DNA of 64,000 nt from Octopus vulgaris. Its lineage: Eukaryota. The stretch is from NCBI GenBank assembly GCA_951406725.2, contig OX597821.1, forward strand, positions 19,406,001-19,470,000, in the 5' to 3' direction. Of the stretch, positions 53,420 through 64,000 are shown piece after piece. The notes beneath the pieces were generated by a model. The model did no database searches. It saw nothing but the letters and a program-made list of their open reading frames with translations, and was not told where the DNA came from. The translations under genes and the position numbers were made by a program. Every line of letters starts with the position of its first letter. Position 1 is the first letter of the stretch.

Positions 53420-53907
53420 TAATAATGATGATGATGATGACGATGAAGTCAACGATGACCAGGACTAATATAGACATGGTAAAAAAGAAAGAAAAGAAAA
53501 TAATTAATAGGAGAGGAGGAGAAGGGGGAAAGGAGGAGTAAAATGAGGAAGGAGGCGTAAAAAATGAAGAGTACAATAAAATGGAGAAGGAAAATGGGAG
53601 AAAACAAACAACAAAGGAAAGTCGATTAAGAGGACGAAGCATAAGAAAGCCACCCAGCCACCCCACGCCTACAAGACTACCAACACCTCTACTCCAATAA
53701 CACCATGAAAGCAGCAGCAACAACAACAACAGTAGAAACGGAAATGGTAACAACAAAAATAATAGTGAAAAGAAAATAGTATACAATAGAACAAAAACAA
53801 TCACGAAGAAAATTAACGAGAACAAGATAAAGTGTAAAGAGCTAATAAAAAAATAAAAGCAGCAACAAAAGACGAGAGAAAGAAGGAGAGACGGAGAAAG
53901 AGAAATA

Positions 53908-53974
<67 letters not shown>

Positions 53975-54240
53975 TAAGAGAGTAAGAGAGAAAAAAAACA
54001 ACAGTGAAAGACAAAGGCATTAGAAAGAACAAATAAAAATATCTAAGAATTATTAGATGCAGAAGAAGAAAATTGTTGCCATAGAAACATATAAGATGGA
54101 ATACTTATAAGAAGGTGAAGAAAATAATAATTATAATAAAATTGCGAAAAATAGAGGAGAAACACCAATAATGACAAAAAAGAAAATATGGAAACCAACG
54201 GAAAAAGATGGCGTGGTGCAAACAAATAAGAAAAAAAAAT
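53420..54240. repeat. Purine-rich low-complexity tract with (GA)n
   Basis: Seen directly. Confidence 0.8.
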
Positions 54241-54495
54241 GGTAATTTCGGGACAGATTGACTAATAATTGTGTACTAGCTTTAGAGCAGGAAAGCACCA
54301 CGATGTCTACTGCGGATTTGTTTTTCATCTCTTCTGAAGAAATAGATTTAGTTTCCAAACATTGGTGCGGTGTATAGTATCTTATAGAATTTTCATTGTT
54401 GTAGTAGTAATGTTTTAATGTCTTTTTTTATCTTCAATGCATGCATACATAACTACGCACATGCACACTCGTATACATAGATGTACGCATTGTAC

Positions 54496-54557
<62 letters not shown>

Positions 54558-54671
54558 TTATATATATATATGTACACACATATATAAATATATATGTATA
54601 TATATATGCACATACACGCGTACACGCACTCGCCTCGCACGCACTTATATATTCGTATATACATGTAATAC

Positions 54672-54717
<46 letters not shown>

Positions 54718-54720
<3 letters not shown>

Positions 54721-55130
54721 CGCAGGAGTGGCTGTGTGGTAAGGAGCTTGTTTACCAACCAAATGGTTCTGGGTTCAGTCCCACTGCGTGGCATCTTGGG
54801 CAAGTGTTTTCTGCTATAGCCTCAGGCCGACCAAAGCCTTGTGAGTGGATTTGGTAGACGGAAACTGAAAGAAGCCCGTCGTATATATGTATATATATAT
54901 GCGTGTGTGTGTTTGTGCGTTTGTGTTTGTCCCCCTAGCATTGCTTGACAACCGATGCTGGTGTGTTTATGTCCCCGTTACTTAGCGGTTCGGCAAAAGA
55001 GACCGATAGAATAAGTACTGGGCTTACAAAAGAATAAGTCCCGGGGTCGAGTTGCTCGATTAAAAGGCGGTGCTCCAGCATGGCCGCAGTCAAATTACTG
55101 AAACAAGTAAAAGAGTAAAAGAGTAAGAGT
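54718..55130 (+). mobile_element. SINE family A, full length, inside (TA)n
   Basis: AGGCGCAGGAGTGGCTGTGTGGTAAG (A box)..GGTTCAGTCCC (B box)..(AGTAAAAG)n tail. Confidence 0.93.
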
Positions 55131-55215
55131 ATATATATATATATATATGCACATGTTTACATGCACGCATAAGCAGACAGACGCATTTACTTGTGTATAT
55201 ATATTTATATGTATG

Positions 55216-55260
<45 letters not shown>

Positions 55261-56829
55261 ACTTACACTTACACACACACAAACACACACGCACTCACAC
55301 ACACATATTTGGATACATAAAATGATGTGTGCAGAGATCACATAGCGACATTGGTTATTTTTTGTCCTTTGCCTGTAACATAGATATATATTTTGATATA
55401 ACAGGATTTTGATCGTATAAGTATCGTGTGCAAACATTCACCGACGCGCGTGCGCACTTACACACACACACAGAGGCACACATACACACACACAGAGGCT
55501 CTCACACACACACTCACGCTACACACACGTCTTTGTAATCATTGTGGTATTAACATTTTTGCGATAGAAATATTCTTTATATTTTATTACGGACTGGAAA
55601 CTTAGGAACTACGCATAATTGCCTTATATTTAAACACAACACTAAGAGATAGAGAAAATATTTATATAATATAAATACGAACATCTGAAAAAATTGTATT
55701 TATAATTTTAATGCGATCCCACGTCTCCGAATTGCGCCCAGTGCTGAAAATCTCGCATCTTACAAGTGTCAATATGGCATGTTTCTATTTTTTAAAATGA
55801 GATGTAATTTGTGGGAGATTTGCCAAGTATTTCGGTAATATAGTACGATGCTGGAAAGGCTCCTTCATGGACTTGTTTCTACAAATTATCTTACAACCAA
55901 TGACAGAATTTAGAAAAACAAGAAATCCTCATATTCTTACACACATCTAATCCTACAGTCAGGCAATCCACTAAAACGTTCTCAAGGGATAGACATTGTC
56001 CAATCAACAGATGACACCGCACTGACGTCATCTGACTATTCTTCCTGACGAACTGAGTAACTACGCAAACCTAACATAAATTATACAAACTCCTAACTTC
56101 AGAAGAATAGACTTAAAGTAACAACTAACTCTCTTCCGCTTTACCAGCACACAAATTGCACACATACACACACACATGTAAAATACTAGTAGTTATACAT
56201 AATACCACCACAACAATTAAATTATATAGAGAAAACATTAAAGAAAGCGATTGTTTTTGAATTTGCTTTGAAAGAATTTTAATCTGGAACTGTATATTTA
56301 AAACAAAATGCTATTATATTGTGTAAATAAATAAAAGTGCATATAAACACACTCACTAGTTGTTGCTACTCTATAAATTCTCTTTCTTTTTCCCAACATT
56401 GATGTATTTAGGGGAATGAACAAACGTATATTTTTTGAAAAAAAAAAAGAGAAGTGAAATATAGATAAGAACGAACCAGTTGGAGTTTTGTAGGCGTCAT
56501 CAGTTATGTAAATTTTCAAGTCTATGAACAGTATGGCCTCTGGTCAATGACAAAAACTGGTGAAGGTTAAACGTAAAGAAAACTCCACGATATTAAAAAA
56601 GGGAAAACAGAAGAATCCCAAGCACCCTGTTGTATTTGAGGTTCGCAAAGTATCAAAAGCAATGATGTAAATATAGATGAGTTCAATCATGGATTATTCC
56701 AGTCGTACCTAGGATACCATTTTCTCTCTAAAATATACCATAACAATCTATAGTATGGACCAAAACACAATACAAAAAAAACAAAAACAAAATATAAGTA
56801 AATACTCACAAAAGTAGACATCCACACGA

Positions 56830-57450
56830 GTAATAAAATGCGAAGAGAAATTCTTGGGTTTGACCGAGTATCCCTTCTCTGTCATCAGTTTGGTTACCAC
56901 GAAAATGTCGTCGCACAGAAATACATTGAATAGTGGAGATATTAAGAAGTCTGCTGGCAATATTTACAAAATATTGCACACACATACACATACACATACC
57001 TACATACATACATACAAACACATACATACAATCATACATATATATATATACACACACACATACATACAATCATACATACATACATACATACATACATACA
57101 TACATACAATCATACATACATACATACATACATACATAAATACATACATACATACATACATACATACATACATACATACTGAAACCGATAGCAGAAAAAT
57201 ATATTGATGGAATTTTAAAATAAAAAGAGTGACCAAGTAAAAATGCTTGCGGTCACATATTCTTGTGTGGGAGCGGGAGAAAAAGAAATATTTTCTGTTG
57301 TGGATATCAGCAGCCATCTGCACAATAACGTGGTCAGCAATATATAGGACAAACAAAACGTCTATGGATCAGTGAAAAAAGGGATTCAAAATCCAGTATC
57401 CAAGATACATTTTCAGTTTAAATTCTATTATCGTTGGGTCAACGAGATGT
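56830..57450 (+). mobile_element. Decayed Penelope-like coding relic (RT thumb to GIY-YIG), split by (TACA)n
   Basis: KFLGLTEYPFSVI..HRNTL (GYP-like thumb) before the microsatellite; GQQYIGQTKRL (YIG at 57341-57349) after it. Confidence 0.5.
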
Positions 57451-57655
57451 GTACCAATCCACTTGAAGCAAAGCATGACTGACGATGTGACTAATGCAGC
57501 TAATGCAAAACTTCGAAGTCACTCTCAAATATTTACTATATATGTAAATACCCACACTTACACACACGCATCTATGTATATATATATACACATACATACA
57601 CACACATATATATATGTATATATGTATGTAAATATATATATATATATACATACAT

Positions 57656-57703
<48 letters not shown>

Positions 57704-57704
<1 letters not shown>

Positions 57705-58121
57705 ATACAAAATGGGACAAGAACGCAAAATATCCAGAACGTTAGGTGATACAAAAAAGGAACAACAAAATATCCAGATAGACGATACAAAGAAAACAAG
57801 GACGGGTCATTTGGAGTTTTCTCACCCCAATCGAGTTCCAGGTTATCTTTGCAATTTCGGCTTGTTATGCTCGAGATTGCTCCAATCTGGCCAGCCCTAA
57901 GGAAATACTAAGCTAAGAGCATTAGATTCCTTGGAAGAAAGCAGCGAATATATACAAAAGCAAAGACGGGAAAAAACGGACCATGTTACACAAATGCAAT
58001 AAAAATTATAACAGGACATAACAACAGGCTTCTTTCGACTAAAGACGAAATAAATCAAGCTGGCGTGTGTGAAAATGAAGCCTTGCGGCAGGGATACAAT
58101 ATTTCACAGACAGAGGGAGGA
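57704..58121 (-). mobile_element. TA-flanked dispersed repeat, probably a Penelope-like terminal fragment
   Basis: Bounded by TA repeats; strand-skewed composition like 40175-40640; internal duplication of CAAAATATCCAGA. Confidence 0.35.
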
Positions 58122-58303
58122 ATATATATATAATCATATCAAAGCAGAAACCAATTGGTCCAGGAAACTAGATGGTAAATGTTTTTTCATTTCTAAATTT
58201 ATTCCTGTCAAATTTTATCCCTAATTTTTGTGGTTATAGAATCTAGCTGTTCTTTCTAGCATGTAGAATACCTATAAGTGGATTCCTTATGTGTTTAAAT
58301 ATA

Positions 58304-58354
<51 letters not shown>

Positions 58355-59843
58355 ATAGTCAAGACAAGAGACTGTGCTTCAACTGAACTAAGCACTTTGG
58401 TGTATAGAATTGTATTTGTAAATGGTTAAACGGTTATGAAATTAAGAGAGATGAATCTATTATATTTGACCAGATCGATAGTTCATGATGAAACACTTTC
58501 ATATTTAATATCATAAACTATTGGTGAAATAGGTAATATGATTCGCAAATAAATATCCTTGTAATATTGGCTGTAAATTGAGCTAGTAATAAGGAAGATG
58601 ACAAAAGTTCGAACCACGATTCGACAGTGTTCAATGTTAACAGGGTTTCAAAAGACAAACATTTTTCCCATATATAATCACAAACCACAAGGTTGCGTTT
58701 TTTTTTCAGCTTTTTTTTTGTCTTGTTTTTCATTTCAATATGAATTATTGTAATTACTATTCAGTGACATTATTCGAAATAATTGCGGCAGCTTATTTTC
58801 CACGACTACCAACACGTTATGACCACTTGTTTGAGTTCGAAATAACGCTAACGAACCAATGAGTGTCCTTATTCCAGTCATGGGAAACCTGCAGTTTACG
58901 ATGAATTCTGAATGGTACCTCTACACGATAAAAATAACGTTGATTAAAATTTGAAATTGAAATGTTTTTAATAGTGTGTTCTATCAGATGATGATTTAAA
59001 TCTCATGCAACTATTTTATCGAAAAACGCTTACATATAATGGAATAGTATCTATTCTGTAGCTCGAGCTCCTGGATATAATGATTTTAACATGTTTTTTT
59101 CTATCGTACATTATAGCATCTTAAATAAAGAAATCTATGTGAGACAATACAGGTACTGATTTAATAGAGAAAGACGATGCAGTCCAAGGAGTGCCAGTTG
59201 GAACATCTTAATAGTTAAGTTTATGCAACTAGGTTTAATACTTAGTGACACTATTTGTCTGTATGTCCCTCCTGTAGCATTTCACTTCAAAAAAAAAAAA
59301 AACAATTAATAACCCCCATCACCACCATCACCGAATATTCTGAAGCTGCGACCCTATAACCTTGCGTCTATGTAATTCCCCATCATAAAAGAGCACAATT
59401 AAAACATTGATTATTTCTCTTGTGTTCTTGTTTCGGTTACATTTCTTCATCGCCCCCCCCCCCCCACTTCTCTCTTTTTATCTTCCGTTTAGTCTTTCTC
59501 TCATTCCCTCTGCCATTTTCGTCTCTCACTCCGCTTTCATCGCTCTCTCTTTCTCTTTCTCTCTCTCTCATGGTTTCAATTCTCCGTTAGTATTATATTC
59601 TATTCCTTGTTATTGATTTTCTTTGTTGCTCTTTTTCTTTAACACTTTAAACTACGTCGCAATTTCCTTCCAAAGATTTCGGATGCAACGTTTTCGTTTT
59701 TATTTCTGTAGTTGCTGTTCTTTCCAAAATGGGATGAAAATAAAATGTATTCTGGTTATGCACCTCTAACACTAAAACCATTAACTGCTACACTATAAGT
59801 GTTATCATCATTATCATAATAAATATCATCGTTTCAAAACATA

Positions 59844-59864
59844 TCTTCTTCTTCTTCTTCTTCT

Positions 59865-59911
<47 letters not shown>

Positions 59912-60145
59912 TTCTTCTTCTTCTTCTTCTTCTCCTTCTTCTTCATCTTCTTCTTCTTCTTCTTCTTCTTCTTCTTCTTCTTCATCATATTCTTCTTCAT
60001 CTTCTTCTTCTTCTTCTTCATCATATTCTTCTTCATCTTCTTCTTCTTCTTCTTCTTCCTTCTTCTTCACCTCCTTCTCCTCCTCCGCCGCCCCTCCTCC
60101 CATTATTCTCTTCCTCCCCTTCTTCTACCCCTCCCCTCCTCATCT
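59844..60145. repeat. (CTT)n microsatellite and pyrimidine tract
   Basis: Seen directly; source of the poly-E and poly-K ORFs. Confidence 0.97.
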
Positions 60146-60459
60146 TGTTTGCTTTTTACCGTTATTTTTATTACTATTGTTATAATTATTTTTTTTGTAG
60201 TATTAGTAGTAGTAGTAGTATTAGTAGTAGTATTAGTAGTAGTAGTAGTAGTAGTAGTAGTTGTAGTACAAATACACATAAGCATGCATTCGTTTACATA
60301 TATGCATATGAGCAAACACTTGCGCACACAAACAAATATACATAGAACAGTAATACACACACATGTTCATGTACACACACACACATCTGTACGTATATTA
60401 CGTATATACACTTATGCATTTCGGAGTTTGCGTGTATAAATCTTAATACTTAGGTTGTA

Positions 60460-61960
<1,501 letters not shown>

Positions 61961-62185
61961 CTTGACAGAGTTATGGATACAATATATATAACAAAATTTT
62001 GTATTAAAAATTCCGGTTTGTTAATATGTCCATTACGGAGATTATCATCAATATAATTTTTTCTCTTCCTTTCTACCCACATACCCACATACCCACCTTT
62101 CATAGTCACACACACTCTCGCACAGGGAGATAGAGACACACGCACCCCCCCACACACACGTATATATATACATTCACATAAATAA

Positions 62186-64000
62186 CACTGGGCAACAAAG
62201 ATTTTGCTGCTGAGGTAAAATCATGTGTTTTAGTCCAAATCGAGGATGCTGATCCCAAATGCGCCCTCAGAATGGTTCTAGCACGTCTGGATTTCGAGTT
62301 ATGTGCATGCGCAAGATTATAACTACACTTCCGGCTAGATATAGGCTGTATTATAAACTTTTCTAAAATAGGAGTGGCTGTGTGAATTACCCAGACAACT
62401 TTTGTTATGTCTGAGGACAATTTGCTCCGCGTGACCAGCAGTAGAACATTGTCAACATATTAGATACTGCCTATAATTATTACTTCGGATATAAAGTTGG
62501 GGTCTAAGAGAAGAGGTGAGCACGTCATATTTATTGTACCGTGTGCTACTCTGGGTTTACACAGTGGCTGAATGGAAAACGGAAGGGAATGCCTTTTGCT
62601 GTACCAATGGTATGGCGTGTGCCAACCAATCATGTCTCTTATTGTTACTTTTGCGTGACTAATATTAGTGGTTTGTCAAAGAAAACCTAAACAAAAATTA
62701 TGTATGCAGATTGTAAGACGGCTCTCAAACCGACATGACTTCGAGAACTCTCTCTCAGTTCCCCTCTCACATGATTCACTTTAAGACTTTGACGCGTCGC
62801 ACGATGAACTCCCTGATTCTCCTATCGTCGAAGAGTACTTAGTTGTTTCGAAGAAAACTGAGCCACGCTTGTTTAATCAAGAAAATTTGAACGATTTAGT
62901 AAGAAACCTGGCATTGTCAAAGGAGGAGGCAGTAGTTTTGGGATCCAGACCACAGCAACAGTATCTCCTACAGTAAAGTACGAAAATTTCCATTTTTTGT
63001 TCCCGCCATGAAGGCATATCAGTATTTTTCAAGCAAGAAAATAATGTTTGTTTCTGTACTGACGTTAATGCACTGATGCGAAAACTAGGACATCTGCATG
63101 TGGCTAACGAATGAAAATTGTTTATAGACTCGAGTAAGGTTAGTCTCAAAGTTGTTTTGTTACATAATGGTAATGAAAAACCTTCCATTCCTGTGGGTCA
63201 ACATGACCCACTGGAATGGAAGCTTATGAATAGATGGAACTCATTCTGAAAGGAGTTAATTACTCAGTTCAAAAGTAGAAAATTTGTAGTGATTTAAAGG
63301 TGACTTTCTTCCGCTTAGGACTGCGTTATACCAAAAATATGTGCTCCCCTAAAAATAGGAGCTTCGATATACCAAAAATATGTGCTTCTTGTTTGTTTGG
63401 AACAGCCGCAACAACAGCAATCATTACACTGTAAAAGACTGTCCTGAAAGAGATCAGCGCACAGTTGGTCGGTACAATGTGCAGCATATGTCACTGGTTG
63501 ACCCGCAAAAGATCTTCCTTTCACCCCTTCACATCAAACTCGGCCTTATGAAAAACTTCGTAAAAGCAAAACACACGATGGTTGTGACTTTCAGTACCTA
63601 AAAGTAAAACTTGTTGCATTGAAAAGTGACTGAAAAACTGAAAGCAAGCATTTTCATTGCACCCGAGTTCAGAGAATTGATGTGTAATAGCAAATTCAGA
63701 GGTAAACTGAATCCATTTCATCTGAAGATATTGGATTTATTCGTGCTACTTGAATAGAATTTTCTTGAAACCATGGGGCTGAACACTATGCTGATTTAAT
63801 AAACAATATGCTAACAGCGTATAAAAGAATGGGATGCCGAACGTCCCTTAAAATGCACGTCTTGCATTCTCATCTCGATTTTTTTACAACGAATCTTTGT
63901 GCCGTTAGTGATGAGCATGGTGAGAGGTTCTACCAGGCCATATCTGAGATGGAAACGAAGTATCAAGGCCAGTTCAATCCACACATGATGGCTGACTACT
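62186..64000 (+). mobile_element. Chapaev3-type (CMC group) DNA transposon with decayed transposase; runs off the window
   Basis: 5' end TAA|CACTGGGCAACAAA; MPFAVPMVWR.PTNH..CYFC; LNDLVRNLALSKE; LFIDSSK.SLKVVLLHNGN..PSIPVG; PLHIKLGLMKNFVKA; SLKMH.LHSHLDFF..NL.AVSDEHGERF.Q.I..ME..YQG; many stops and frameshifts. Confidence 0.88.

Noticed and set aside
53400-54032. Hydrophobic 210-aa ORF resembling a membrane protein
   Set aside because: Reverse complement of purine-rich low-complexity and (GA)n sequence
54718-54790. tRNA-like A/B box sequences here and in other SINE heads
   Set aside because: SINE heads continuing into SINE body; no complete cloverleaf
59788-60103. Poly-Glu and poly-Lys ORFs
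   Set aside because: (CTT)n microsatellite read-through

Overview
AT-rich, microsatellite-dense eukaryotic DNA that is essentially intronic or intergenic. The SINE families and repeat landscape look like an octopus (cephalopod) genome; this is an inference from repeat recognition. No intact protein-coding gene can be supported. Almost all listed ORFs are microsatellite read-throughs or transposon relics. Recognisable content: about 25 tRNA-derived SINE copies (3 families, several with TSDs), CR1/L2-type and Tx1/L1-type LINE fragments, R4/Dong (REL endonuclease) fragments sitting in (AAT)n, an internally deleted mariner, hAT relics, a decayed Chapaev3-type transposon at the right end, and a Penelope-like GIY-YIG relic. 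The most interesting signal is non-coding: a set of type I hammerhead ribozyme (HHR) motifs in (TA)n-embedded elements. One looks structurally complete (11146-11203) and lies in a 480-bp unit bounded by an identical 88-bp direct repeat. Three large palindromes from unrelated families (11343-11553, 36465-36932, 37307-37623) each fold back at or next to an HHR core. All coordinates were read by eye and element boundaries are approximate.
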